DNA of 64,000 nucleotides from the human T2T-CHM13v2.0 reference genome, Homo sapiens. The stretch lies in assembly GCF_009914755.1 (NCBI RefSeq), contig NC_060930.1. One strand, written 5' to 3'. The notes under the pieces were generated by a model. It did no database searches and was not told the DNA's origin. It was given only the letters and a program-made list of their open reading frames with translations. The translations under genes and the position numbers were made by a program. Positions 1 through 13,677 of this stretch are shown here, in pieces. Position 1 is the stretch's first letter. Each line of letters opens with the position of its first letter.

Positions 1-326
1 CATATGTGAAGGAAAAATGAAAGGGAAATTCCAGTTTTCTCAGAAATATACATAAATTTTTAGAGGATAATGAAACTATGAGTTAATCAATAAATATGTC
101 TGAGCACATTCCTTTAGCCATTCCAGGGTGTGACATGAGAAAACTGATTCACACGCACTGAGCACTCGATAATAAGTACTTACTATGCAGTAGACTACAG
201 AGATGAATAATGTAGTTTTTATTCTTAAAGAATTACGCTAATATGTAAGAAACAATTAGACAGCATCATTACCTTTTTAAAGAACAGTCCATAATCTCCT
301 GTTTTTCTCTCCTGGGTATTTTACAG

Positions 327-439
327 GGTCCTTGTGCTGCAGAATCAGAACCAGCTCTTTTGATAGGGAGCAAGCAGTTCGGGCTTTCAAGAAACAGTCA
401 CATTGCAATTGCATTTGATGACACCAAAGTTAAAAACCG
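327..439 (+). CDS. LAMA2: Laminin subunit alpha-2, exon 59 (LG3-LG4 linker end and start of LG4)
   Basis: Acceptor ttttacag|GGT and donor CG|gtatgt; 113 bp translating to GPCAAESEPALLIGSKQFGLSRNSHIAIAFDDTKVKN(R), which matches laminin alpha-2. Confidence 0.97.
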
Positions 440-758
440 GTATGTATCATCCTGAGACACTGGGAAAGAACCGATAAATGAAGAACTGAGTATTTGTGTT
501 TAATCAAGTTGAATCTACTACACTTATTAATTAATGAAGTTAGCTTTTCTTTTATTCACTGAGTACAATAGAGAATAGAATTTTATTTGTCTGAGCCTGA
601 GGAGCCCAATTTAGGAAATCAGTAGCCTGATAAAGTCCTCATCTCTGAGAAGGTTTTACTCTCCTTTATGAAAATGCAGCCACGATCTGATACCGCTCTA
701 TTTTAGCATGAGAATGCTGTTATTTTTCTGTTTGACTTTGCATGCTTTTGTTTCACAG

Positions 759-948
759 TCTCACAATTGAGTTGGAAGTAAGAACCGAAGCTGAATCCGG
801 CTTGCTTTTTTACATGGCTCGCATCAATCATGCTGATTTTGCAACAGTTCAGCTGAGAAATGGATTGCCCTACTTCAGCTATGACTTGGGGAGTGGGGAC
901 ACCCACACCATGATCCCCACCAAAATCAATGATGGCCAGTGGCACAAG
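759..948 (+). CDS. LAMA2: Laminin alpha-2 exon 60 (LG4)
   Basis: tttcacag|TCTC ... AAG|gtaata; 190 bp; LTIELEVRTEAESGLLFYMARINHADFATVQLRNG...GQWHK (inside ORF 742-981); in phase with exon 59. Confidence 0.97.
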
Positions 949-2867
949 GTAATAGTCCCCTGGATATTGGCAGTACCCTAAGGGAATTACTGAGTGGCAG
1001 CCATCAGCATTCTCCTGGTGCCAGTATATTTTGCCAGGGCAGACACTGACTCTGGCAGAAGCTAAAAATAAAATAAGTGCCATATACAACTACCACAATC
1101 TTGGAAAATGTGCTCAGACCTGTGTAGGTTTGCATTTGACCACTGGCATGCCTCATCATGGTTCCATCACTGCTATATGGCTGTGGTTTTCAAACATCTA
1201 CCCATAAACTGAGGCCAGGTGGCTGAAGACATTTCCACTGCTCTAAGTGAGAAACGTAGAACAGAGTGTGTTCACCCTCAAGCTCGATGTATTCAATTTT
1301 AAGGAATAATATTTATTCTGAGATTATATTATAGCATTTTTATGGTGGCTAAAAGGCCTTTCTATTATGAAATAGTATTTGCCAAAAGCAAAAGTTGGCA
1401 ACACTAAAATGGGTCCCAAGACTCCCCACCTAACCACACAGTGGTCTGTGAAAACCAGGAATCCAGGAATCTCTGGTTGATCGTGTTTAAAGGGCTCTAA
1501 GGTATCATTTCTACTGACAGTTATTTGGAACAACTTTAAAAACGTTGGCCTTACACCCAGAAACTGGTACTATTATGGGCACAGAAGGCTCATTTGCCAG
1601 CTTACTGTCCTCTTTGGCATGACTGCAAATAGATAATATACTGCCTGATTAAAACAAAATCTCAACATTTGTCTCTGCACCTGCGATAGCCTATTAAAGC
1701 AAAGCTTCCCTAGGTAGACCAATAAAATTTTTAATTTTCAGAGTACGATATTATTAGATGTTAGATTTGGTTAATGTTAACATACTTTGACTTGTCATAT
1801 TCTAGAAAGCCAAAGAACCTTAAAAAACGCGAAGCCAACCAATTTGTTATCATGGAAATAAGAAAAGGAATCTTCATTTTTGCTGGGAGCTTATGACTAG
1901 CAAATACAGATCCAAATGAAGGAGCTCTCATTAAGAGTTCTTCCATCTCTAGCTAATAGAATAATAAATATGACATTTGAGAAAAAGACATATTGTTGAA
2001 CCACAATGAGGCTGGGATTAAGAAAGGGAACTTAAATACTATAATTAGTCAAATTAATAACGGATTTTATTTTTGATGGTTTTTAAAAATTACTTCCCAA
2101 ACCAGAATAGATATGTGTAAAATGAAGTGTGAAATTACTCTAATCCTGACCCAGACTCATTTTTAAACCATCATGGTACTTTAGCATTTCACAGGCTTTC
2201 ATGCTCCTTTACCTAAATTCAGACTCAAGGTTTTTATACTCCAGCCAGTCTTTACACCCCTTATTTCATTCTGTCTCAGAAGATAATTCACTCCACCGCC
2301 CTAAATTTCAGCCTCAGTCACTTCTCTATCTTACTCCCCCACTTTGTACTCATCAGGTTCTGCAGAAAGTAGTGCAGCTTATTTGTGCCACTCTTTCTTT
2401 AATTCTGCACAAGAAGGGCCTGTTAGGCAAAGGGATGTAGCGTATCTGAAATTGTGTTGGGAGCCCAGGCTCTTTGCTCAATCAAACTAATGCACTTTTA
2501 AAACTGTGCATGAATTTTGCTACCCACTTAATTTATGAAAGTGCTATTAGTCTGCAGGGTTCCTTACAACATTCCTCCCTCTCCACACATATCCACATTT
2601 GGCAATCTACCGAGGAGACTTCGACCTAAAACTGACCCAGGAAAATTTGGTATTCTTTTGGTGATAGTAGTCATGGAAAAGACAGAATTTGAGATATTCT
2701 GTAAAATGGGTTTAACTTTCCCATATATAATGGGCTTAGCGCATACTAAGCACTGTGTACATTGTTTCAATTTTTCTTGGTAACATCGTTAGAGTCCTTA
2801 TGTCTTATACTCTGCATATGTGAAATTTGTTCAGGATTGGCATTAATGACTCCTTTCTTTTTTGTAG

Positions 2868-3023
2868 ATTAAGATAATGAGAAGTAAGCAAGAAGGAATT
2901 CTTTATGTAGATGGGGCTTCCAACAGAACCATCAGTCCCAAAAAAGCCGACATCCTGGATGTCGTGGGAATGCTGTATGTTGGTGGGTTACCCATCAACT
3001 ACACTACCCGAAGAATTGGTCCA
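2868..3023 (+). CDS. LAMA2: Laminin alpha-2 exon 61 (LG4)
   Basis: ttttgtag|ATT ... CCA|gtaaat; 156 bp, phase 0-0; IKIMRSKQEGILYVDGASNRTISPKKADILDVVGMLYVGGLPINYTTRRIGP. Not in the ORF track. Confidence 0.96.
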
Positions 3024-3123
3024 GTAAATATCTGATTTCTTCTTTATTACTTAAATATATGGCTGATTCATTTATTGATATATTTTGACTTATTAGGTCA
3101 CATGGGCCCATGAAAACTGATAG

Positions 3124-3499
<376 letters not shown>

Positions 3500-3544
3500 G
3501 ACAGAAGGTTTTTTAGATAGATTAGATTATGAGAGACAATGCCA

Positions 3545-4095
3545 TGGAACACTGAGTGGGGAACCTGGAGCCAAACTGTCTTGGTTTGAATACCTATTTA
3601 ACTATTGACTAGCTGTGTGTTTTGGAGCAAGTTAATCTCTTTTAACAAAGATTTCTCTTTTGCAAAACAGGGTAATGATAATACTAAACAAAAAGGATTG
3701 CATAAAGATTAAATGAGGTAATTTATTTAAAGTGATTGGGTTGGGCGTGGTGGCTCACACCTGTAATCCCAGCACTTTGGGAGGCCAAGGCAGGCAGATC
3801 ACTTGAGACCAGGAGTTCAAGATGAGCCTGGCCATCATAGCAAAACCCTGTCTCTACAAAAATACAAAAAGTTAGCCAGGTGTGGTGGTGTGTGTCTGTA
3901 GTCCCAGCTACTTTGGAGGCTGAGGCAAGAGAATCACTTGAACCCGAGGGTCAGAGGTTGCAGTGAGCTGTAATAGCACCACTGCATTCCAGCCTGGGCA
4001 ACAGAGCGAGACCCTGTCTCAAAAAAATAAATAAATAAATAAATAAAAATAAAAATAAAGTGATTGGAAGAGTAGCAGGCATATAAAAAGCACTG
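3545..4095 (+). mobile_element. MIR interrupted by an Alu
   Basis: MIR core-like text (ggagccaaactgtcttggtttgaat..., ctagctgtgtg, gattaaatgaggtaat) resumes after the Alu TSD. Confidence 0.65.
3739..4037 (+). mobile_element. Alu (J or early S)
   Basis: Full dimer with an (AAAT)n tail; TSD taaagtgattgg on both sides. Confidence 0.93.
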
Positions 4096-5156
4096 AAAGA
4101 TGAAAATGATGGTATGTATTCATGGTGTTTCAGGCATAGAGATTTAGCAAATATTGAGAGGTGCAGTAGTTACAGTACAGTTATCCAATTTTGGATTCAG
4201 AATTTAAAGCCCTCACAGTTTTGTAAATCAATATTCACAAAATAATTTTTTATTAGACCGTGTATCCTAGTTTGCTTTGGAAAGTGTTACTCTGAGAGAA
4301 GCACGGGGGATTGATTGGTGCTTTTAGAGAACACACTAGATACAAATGTGATACATTTCTATACTCAAATTAGAACACATGATAATGTAGATTTGTTCAT
4401 TCATCAAAGACAATCACCCATTATAGTTGTAATTCTCAGTATTTGGCTTCTCTTGTGGATGATCAGTATTACTTTTCTTTCATAGGTATTGGATATGCTT
4501 TTTAGGTCTATCAAAAACTAAAGTCTCTGAAGTGACACTGGTACAAGCAATTCACTTGAATTTCTAAAAACAGATAAAATATAATGGACCAGAGTGTGAT
4601 TGAGTTACTTCTAAATTCCTTGAACCCCCAATGTTTCATGCAAACTTTCAAGTTTTATGCATATTTGCATTTTCTTAGGGGAGGGTCTGCTGCTTTCATT
4701 AGATATTCAAAAGGAAGAAGCACTGAACCAAACCTAATTACCTTTTCAAATAGAAATTGAACATAGGCTATGACAAAATGGGTATATAGTAAGGTTAATA
4801 AACTATTAATAGAAACATAAAATCAGGAACGTAAGAGACCAATTAAAACTTATGATACCAACATGGGGCCCATAGCTCTGTCAAACCAATGGAGACATAG
4901 TGTGCAGTATTTAGACTATGAGAACAGTCATATTCCAGGATAGACACATCCAAGTTGAGAAGCACAACACAGGATTTTCTGCATCCATGCCAGGAGGCCT
5001 GGTGGTAACAGAGAACCCAGGCAGCTTTGGGGGATATCCCATCCTAAGACAACTGGATAACTACACACATAGAGCACCCTGCAAATGACTGTATTCTACA
5101 TAAAGGCAAAGTTCTGCTAAAACCTGACATTTGTTTCTTCTGATCTGAATGTTTAG

Positions 5157-5310
5157 GTGACCTATAGCATTGATGGCTGCGTCAGGAATCTCCACATGGC
5201 AGAGGCCCCTGCCGATCTGGAACAACCCACCTCCAGCTTCCATGTTGGGACATGTTTTGCAAATGCTCAGAGGGGAACATATTTTGACGGAACCGGTTTT
5301 GCCAAAGCAG
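5157..5310 (+). CDS. LAMA2: Laminin alpha-2 exon 62 (LG4 end, LG5 start)
   Basis: gtttag|GTG ... GCAG|gtaagg; 154 bp; VTYSIDGCVRNLHMAEAPADLEQPTSSFHVGTCFANAQRGTYFDGTGFAKA. Confidence 0.97.
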
Positions 5311-5894
5311 GTAAGGCTCTTTCATTTCCTTCCTGTTGATTATTAACTAGATACAAATACTAACTTCTTGCTAGTACCAAATAATAAAAGTTCCTAGAGT
5401 CCTAAACTAGTATCCTTTATTTAAGCCAAAAAGAAACTTATGGAAGTAATTTCAAAAATGCCTCTTAAAAATTCATGTATCTGATCCTGATAAGAATTAA
5501 TAGAAGAAATAAAGTAAAAGGTCTATTTAGAGAATTTATTCCATCTCCTTCACTGGAGGTTAAGAACAGCAAAATAAATAATTTTGCAAGAACACTCATA
5601 TGTTTATACTATGTTGTTTTTCTACCTTCCAGTTTCTGGAGATGAGATATGATTTTTTTCTTCTTTTCAATTCCCTGCAAGGCTGTATTTCATAATCTCC
5701 TCCCCATCAACACACACCCATACACACAATGCACACCCATGTCTGTTTCTTGTTGATAGTGACAATGACTGGCATCTTTCCTGGCTTTCTCCACTCCGTT
5801 TCTAATGAACATTTCCAGTATGGTTTTATATCACTGGTCATGAAGGTACAGTTAGGAAAAAGAAATAGGAAATAACCTCTACATAATAATTTTT

Positions 5895-7709
5895 TAATCC
5901 TTTAATTTTTTTGTGGGTACACAGTGGGTGTATATATTTATGGGTGACCTGAGATATTTTGATGTAAGCATGCAATGCATAATAATCATATCAGGGTAAA
6001 TGGGGTATCCATCACCTCAAACATGTATCCTTTATGTTTCAAACAATCTGATTATACTCTTTTAGTTATTTTTAAATGTACAATTATTTTTTTTTTTTTA
6101 ACTGTAGTTACCCTTGTGCTAGCGAATACTAAATCTTATTCAAACTATTTTTGTATCATTAACCATCCCTACTCCTCCCTGCCACTAACCTTCCCAACCT
6201 CTGGTAACTATCCTTCTACTTTCTATCTATCTCCATGAGTTGAATTGCTTTAATTTTTAGCTCCCACAGATAAGTGAGAACATGTGATGTTTGCCTTTGT
6301 GTGCCTGGCTTATTTCACTTAACATAATGACCTCAAGAACCACCCATGTTGTTGCAGATGATAGGATCTCATTCTTTTTTATGGCTTATTCATATCCAGT
6401 ATGTATATGTACCACACTTTCTTTATCCGTTCATCTGCTGATGGACACTTAGGTGGCTTCCAAATCTATTGTAACTAGTGCTGCAATAAATGTGGGAGTG
6501 CAGATATCTCTTCAATATTCTTTTGGGTATATATCTAAGAGTGGAATTGATGGATCATATGGTAGCTCTATTTTTGGTGTTTTGAGGAACCTCCAAACTG
6601 TTCTGCATAGCAGTTGCACTAGTTTACGTTCCCACCAACAGTGTACAAGGGTTCTCTTTTCTCCACATCCTCGTCAGCATTTGTTATTGCCTGTCTTTTG
6701 GATAAAAGCCATTTTAACTTGGGTGAGATGATAGCTCATTGTAGTTTTGATTTGCATTTCTCTGATGATCAGTGATGTTGAGCCCCTTTTGATATACCTG
6801 TTTTTCATCTGAATATCTTCTTTTGAGAAATGTCTATCCAAATCTTGTACCCATTTTTAAATAGTATTATTAGATTTTTTTCCTATAGAATTGTTTGAAT
6901 TCCTTTTATATTCTGGTTATTAATCCCTTCTCAGATGGGTAGTTTGCAAATATTTTATCCCATTCTGTGGGTTGTCACTTCACTTTGTTGATTGTTTACT
7001 TTGCTGTGCAGAAGCTTTTTAACTTGATGTGATCCCATTTGTCTATTTTTACTTTGGTTGCCTGTGCTTGTGGGTATTACTCAGGAAGTCTTTGCCCATT
7101 TCAATGTCCTGGAGAATTTCCCCAATGTTTTATTGTAATAGTTTCATAGTTGGATCTCTTAGATTCAAGTCTCTAATCCACTTTGATTTGATTTTTGTAT
7201 ATGGCGAGAGATAGGGATCTAGTTTCATTCTTCCGCATATGAATATCCAGTTTTCCCTGCACCATTTATTGAAGAGACTGTCCTTTCCCTAATGTATGTT
7301 CTTAGAACCTTTATGGAAAATGAGTTCACTGTAGATGTATGGATTTATTTCTGGCTTCTCTATCCTGTTCCACTGGTCTATGTGCCTATTTTTATGCCAG
7401 TACTATGCCGTTTGGCTTACTATAGTTCTGTGGTATAATTTGAAGTCCGGTAATGTAATTCTTCCAATTTTGTTCCTTTTGCATAGGATAGCTGTGGCTA
7501 TTCTGGGTTTCATATGAATTTTAGGAATTTTTTCTATTTCTGTGAAGAATCTCATTGGTATTTTAATAGGGATTATATTAAATCTGCAGATTGCTCTGGG
7601 TAGTATGGACATTTTAACAATATTGATTCTTCCAATCCATTAACATGGAATATCTTATTTTTGTGCCCTCTTGAATTTCTTGCATCATTGTTTTATAGTT
7701 TTTATTGTA
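5895..7709 (-). mobile_element. L1MA-type LINE, non-inverted 3' segment (ORF2 end and 3'UTR)
   Basis: Antisense L1 3'UTR and ORF2 remnants (ORF 7403-7612, [19 protein letters not shown]...); left TSD cataataattttt at 5882-5894. Confidence 0.9.
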
Positions 7710-8096
7710 CTTTCCTCTAAGATCTGGAACACGACAAGGATGCCCACTCTCACCACTGTTATTCAACATAGTATTGGAAGTCCTAGCTAGAGCAGTCAGA
7801 CAAGAGAAAAAAGTAAACGGCATCCAAGGAAGAAGTCAAATTATCCTTGTTTGCAAATGATATGATTTTGTATTTGGAAAAGCCTAAAGACCCCACCAAA
7901 AAACCATTAGAACTGATAAATTCAGTAAAGCTGCAGGATACAAAGTCAACATACAAAAATCAGTAACATTTCTATATGCCAACAGCAAACAATCAGAAAA
8001 AGAAATCAAGAAAGTAATTCCATTTACAGTAGCTACAAATAAAATAAAATACTAAGGAATTAACCAAATAAGTGAAAGGTCTCTACAATGAAAACT
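7710..8096 (+). mobile_element. Inverted 5' segment of the same L1 (RT-coding region)
   Basis: Sense L1 RT sequence (ctttcctctaagatctggaacacgacaaggatgccc...gcaaatgatatgat), followed by the right TSD cataataattttt at 8098-8110. Confidence 0.88.
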
Positions 8097-9697
8097 GCAT
8101 AATAATTTTTAAAATCTGCAATTAATGTACTTTAAGATAGAATATTCAGTCCCGTGGTATCATAGAAATACGTGTATGTTCATTAGAAATAAACTAATAA
8201 GCACATAATATGTGGAGATTATGATGGGAAACAGAAATAAGTAACATAGTTCTTTCTATCAAGAATATATTATCAACTGGTAAGAAATTGAAAGAAGGCA
8301 AGTAAAAATGATTAAAGACAAAAAAAGCACAGTTCTGTAGATACTTAGAAAAAAAGATTAATTTTGTTTGGGGGATATCAGGAAACGTTTCATGGAGGAA
8401 TCAGCATTTGAGCAAGGCTTCAGGTGATTTTAACACTCCCATACAAAGTAGTGGGTGATAGAAGAGTAGGACCCTCCACCAAAATATAGGTAGGAAACCC
8501 CACCTACAGGGAAGCAGAAAACAGAAAAACACAGGATATGTTAAATATTGAAACGTTACAGGTTATGCTGAACCCCGAATTCCATGTGCTATGAAAGTCT
8601 AAAAGCTTCCCCCAAGATTTCTGCAAATTCACAGATGGCTGGCATTCTCTTAGTCAAATTTTATGACAAGTTTCAGCTTCAGCTTTTGCACTTAATGGAT
8701 TGACTTGCCATCCTGCCTGGGCTCTTATAATTCTGGATCAAACAAAACCAGAAAATTACTCACTTCCTCTGTTTCTAATGTCCCTTGCCATCCCCTGAAC
8801 ACACAGTGTAATACAATTTACATAAGACTTGGGTGGTCAGAAGAGATCACTTCACTGGAAAACATACAATTCATCTTAACCTTTGACATCTTTGTTCTTA
8901 AAAGTTTTCCAGCGACCCAATCACTGGGGCTTTTTTTTGGCCTCTTCATTCCTTCTGTCCTCAGCCGAACTTCCTCATGTCATTCCTCTCTTCTCCTTAC
9001 TTCTCCCTTTCTGTTTTATTTTGCAGAGCAATTCAGCTTCTTCTACCCTTTACTTTATTTTTTCGTTTATTTCCAGAAGGGGTGTCACTATGTTGCCCAG
9101 GCGCAACTGGCTAGCTTTTATTCATAAAATCTGCTATAAACCCACCTTTGCCAATCCAAACCCATCAAGGTTCTCAGTAGAACAAAAGTCTTTCATGTAA
9201 CAGCTACCATCCTTCATTGCAGACAGCCGTGGCTACACATAGCATTTATTTCTTGCCTAATAAATAGAAGACTTGGAGAAAATTCCCCTGAGTATTTCTC
9301 TGATACTCAGTTCAGTTGGTGTGGTCTAGACAGATCTTAACATATCACTTTGTTCCTAAGTGATGTATCTATCTTAAATACTTGCTCAAAGATTAAAAAA
9401 AAAAATCAAAGAGTCAAATATGGAAAATCATAGAGGAAAGAATTAATTAACTGGATGAACAAGATAAGTCTATTTATGTCCCAGAAGCTTCCCATCAACA
9501 TTGTACTTACAGTTTCTCTCTTTATTAATAAAATGTGTGGCAACTTTTGAACCCTTTCAGATGATTGTGGCACCATTTAGTGTGCCCCACTAAAACTTTA
9601 CTGAAAAATAACTGAAATGTTTTTCTTTACCCAACAGAGAGACTTCTAAGATAATAATACCTGACAGTGAGATTCTTTAAGTCAATCTCAGTGTGTA

Positions 9698-9870
9698 TCC
9701 ATTTATTCAAATAATACATAGTAAACCCTCATGTTGTGCCAGATACTTTGGTAAGCACAGGGATAAAATGGTGAAAAATATAGACAATGCCCCTGATCTC
9801 ATAGCACATACATTCTAAAAGGGAAGGTAGCCCAGAAAATAAGCAATAACTAACTATGGAGTGTGTTACA
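9698..9870 (-). mobile_element. L2 3' fragment
   Basis: catttattcaaataa...tgtgccagatact...cccctgatctcatag...cattcta, typical of an antisense L2 end. Confidence 0.55.
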
Positions 9871-10036
9871 TGATGCAGTGGTGGAAGATAGGCCAGGCAG
9901 GATCTGAAACTTATAGCCCTCATTAGAATTAGCTAGCATTTGAATTGAAATATAATAAAAAGTCATGCATTGTACACGTTTGAATTAACAATCCCCATCC
10001 TCTAATCCAAAATATTTTAAAATCTTCATTTTACAG

Positions 10037-10167
10037 TTGGTGGATTCAAAGTGGGATTGGACCTTCTTGTAGAATTTGAATTCCGCACAACTACAACGAC
10101 TGGAGTTCTTCTGGGGATCAGTAGTCAAAAAATGGATGGAATGGGTATTGAAATGATTGATGAAAAG
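10037..10167 (+). CDS. LAMA2: Laminin alpha-2 exon 63 (LG5)
   Basis: ttttacag|TT ... AAG|gtgagt; 131 bp; (V)GGFKVGLDLLVEFEFRTTTTTGVLLGISSQKMDGMGIEMIDEK. Confidence 0.97.
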
Positions 10168-12046
10168 GTGAGTGTCAGCAATGCAAACATTTCTGATTTC
10201 TTCATGATATTGTTGATGTGTAGATATCATCCATGTGTGGGAAACTCGAATATTTTGAAGCCCGGCTGTATTCTTTGTTGGGAGAAAGCTAAATTGTATG
10301 TTTTCATCCTTCTGGATTACTTCAATTTGTGTATGTTTTCAGCATGTTGTAGGCCAGTATAAATTTTAAATGCATTAATTGTACAGCAAGCCAATCGTGT
10401 TGACTAATAATGAACCAAATAGTTTGAGATCTCGAGTTCTTACTGTGTTGCTATAAACACACTCTTATTCTCCTCTTAAGGAACACACAGTCTATGAGAC
10501 TATGGACTCCAGTGGGAGAAAAGGCAGAGAGGTGGATCATCTAAAATTAGTCTGCCTCTTTTAACAGGCTAGGCATCTCTTAGAAGCCAAGGTAGCCAAC
10601 TGACGCATCAGTTTCTCAATTTGTTTAAAAAAGCATCCAGCTACCATTTCAAAAAACAGCAAATTTATAAAAGTAGTGTGTCAGTTTGATAATAATTGAT
10701 AATCAAATTCTAAACACCTCTTTCAGCCCTGCAGTAAGACAACTTTGCACTACAGGCAGCAGGTAAACAGAGAAGGGAAAACAAGAAATTTCACAAGTTT
10801 TCTATTTGGTTATTAAATAGGAATCGTACTTCAACTCAGTTCACGTTTCCACCCTTAGTGTTGCCTCCCAAGAAGAAAAATCACACAGTGACCTAAAATA
10901 GTTTTTTCTTGCTTTCTTCCTCTTTCTGCTCAATTTTCAAACTGTCCTCCAACAAAGGTAATATAGGAAAAAAGATCCACCAGCTTAGAGGTAAAAAGGA
11001 GTGAACAAATAAGTAACACTCAATAGTTTTACCAAATTTTCAAACATACTTTTACTACATCTTTTTCAAGTAACATGCTCTTAAGGGCAGTTACCATCGA
11101 TATGTCACTATCATGTGCGTTTCTCACCAAGCTCCTTTTACATGCAAAAGCCTGTTATGCAAACTCCACCCAATATAGTAAACATTTCATTAATAATTAC
11201 ATCAATAGAGTTTACAAACTTTTCACCTATTTACTTGCATTTTTAATCTTTCTTCTTAAGACTTCATTTCTTTTCTTTTACCTTGTCGAATGTCTTGCCA
11301 AACTGACTAATGTTTTTAGTGTTTCAATATGTTTCGTTTCTTCACCAGCTTCAAAAGAATTCTGTCATCTCAAATTTCAGGGGCTTTTCCACATTACTAA
11401 AAACAGATTTTTCTCATTTAGACCAGAACTTCTAGTCTAAGTTCTTCATTGTTAGGAATTTAACTGGCCTTCTGGCTCAGGTCTTTGGCACCTGTGACAT
11501 GAAACGGGCTCCAAAATGTAATTTATGTAACTCTCAATCTTGTATATAAAATGAAATCCATGAAGGAAAAAAATATAATTAAAACATCAAAAGTTTAAAA
11601 TTTAAAAAATCCTTTACTTTGAATTTGTAAACCAAATTAATGAGTCACTTTAAACAATATCTTTTAAGAAAATTTTATAAGGTTCAGTCAGAACTCTCAC
11701 ATTCTAAAAAGACGTGAGGTAGAATTTTTCCCTGTGTACACTAGGTCCTTTTCTTGTCACCTGGCCTCAAATTTTTCTGAAAGCAGAATTATTACCAGCT
11801 TTACGTATCTTGCCTATTAACTCCCAACAATGCCCCAAAGCAAAGAGCATAATTTGTGGCTCCTGGTGATTAGATTTATACTTTAATTTGTCAAGTTTAA
11901 AAATTTTTTTCAATATGCCCAGTTACATCCATTTCAAATGATTCTGGCTGATGTCTTTCCTAGAGACCTGATCATTTGTATGTGTGAACCATCATGATAC
12001 TTCTTTAATGAAACCATCTGTGACTGTTCTATTTCCTACTTTCCAG

Positions 12047-12269
12047 TTGATGTTTCATGTGGACAATGGTGCGGGCAGATTCACTGCTGTCTATGATGCT
12101 GGGGTTCCAGGGCATTTGTGTGATGGACAATGGCATAAAGTCACTGCCAACAAGATCAAACACCGCATTGAGCTCACAGTCGATGGGAACCAGGTGGAAG
12201 CCCAAAGCCCAAACCCAGCATCTACATCAGCTGACACAAATGACCCTGTGTTTGTTGGAGGCTTCCCAG
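12047..12269 (+). CDS. LAMA2: Laminin alpha-2 exon 64 (LG5)
   Basis: tttccag|TTG ... CCAG|gtgagt; 223 bp; LMFHVDNGAGRFTAVYDAGVPGHLCDGQWHKVTANKIKHRIELTVDG...PVFVGGFP. Confidence 0.97.
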
Positions 12270-13461
12270 GTGAGTGTTGGCTACCCCAGCAACAATTTCT
12301 TTGCTCTCTTATGTTACTGGTTTTGAAAACATTTATATTTACATGTGTCTAAGAATGTGTGCTTATGTGTACTTGCTTCCTAGCTTTAGAATCTGCTTAG
12401 AATCTGCACCTTACCTAAAATTTCCAGTGTGTAAAATGAACATATTACTTATATAAACCACATGGGACTGAACTTTTCATGAGAGCCCCCAAAGTTTCCT
12501 TCGTGGAGAGATTGAAGCTGGAGGAAATGAATTTGGCTTATAAAAGATATGAGGCATTTAACAGCAATTGGAGCCAAACTTGGTGTTCTTTCTGATTTTT
12601 TTAAAATTAATATACCAGAGGAATCATAAAATGTTATGGAACTTATTTCCTCAAGTTCTGGAAATCATTGGGTTAAACATAGCTAATTTCCCCCTTATGT
12701 TATTATAGAGTTTATATTTATATTACAAAGAAACGCAAGCAATAAATCCTCATTCAGAATCCTTCTCTAGCACATTAAATATAGCATGTGAACTGTAGAG
12801 ATTTACCTAAAGTGCCCATAAACAAGAGTGGCCAACTTGATGAGAAGTAAGCCAAGTGCCCCTTAATAAGTACTGTAATAACATAGCCTCCTGGAATGGT
12901 CTTTCATCATTTTGTCAAGAGGAACTTTTATCCCTGTTTATATAAAGCTCCTTTGCTAAATGAAACAAGCAAAATGTATATTCAGCAATTGTTGACAGAG
13001 CAATGTTGATAGAAATGCAATGGGGGCCCAACGACAGCTCCTCTTTCCAAAGTGGCTTCTGTGTTTTAAAAAGATCTTTTGCTTCAATCAGGATAAATTC
13101 CAAGATATTATGAAGGAGGTAATGTACTTCTCCATTCAGTCTATGATAATGGGATCCTAATTAACACCTAGTAGGCCTACTGAAACAAGCACCTCTATAA
13201 TAAGAGGAAGATTCTACATGAATATCCAACCTACTTAACCTTTAGGGATTTATTTTTACAATGTAAGAAAGTGATAAAGTCACCTTCAAAAAGTTCTAAG
13301 TCAGTACTTAAAAGTATTTGATCAATTGCTTTGTTTCATGAAGTAACATTTTACAATTTTAAGTCACAACTATAAATTTGTTCATCCCAAACCAAGTTAT
13401 TTCATGTCTTAAGATGTATAATTCTAGATGTTTTCATATGTTATAACTATTAAAAAGTTGA

Positions 13462-13677
13462 GGCTGGACATGGTGGCTCATGCCTGTAATCCCAACACTT
13501 TGGAATTACACTTTGGGCATAGATGGGGAGATCTCTTGAGCCCAGGAGTTGGAGAGCAGCCTGGGCAACACGGCGAAGGGAGGATCGCTTGAGCCCAGGA
13601 GGTTGAGGCTGCAGTAAGCCTTGATTGCGCCATTGCACTCCAGCCTGGGCAACAGAGCAAGAACCTGTCTCAAAAAA
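13462..13677 (+). mobile_element. AluJ with an internal deletion (intron 64)
   Basis: Left arm joined directly to mid right arm (ggcgaa|gggaggatcgcttgagccc); TSD aagttga. Confidence 0.88.

Noticed and set aside
703-1089. 128-aa minus-strand ORF overlapping exon 60
   Set aside because: Antisense shadow of a coding exon; no recognisable domain or supporting signals.
11075-11440. 121-aa intronic ORF, and the 140-aa ORF at 8705-9127
   Set aside because: Phe/Leu-rich translations of pyrimidine-rich intron with no recognisable homology; I could not identify a pseudogene on either strand.
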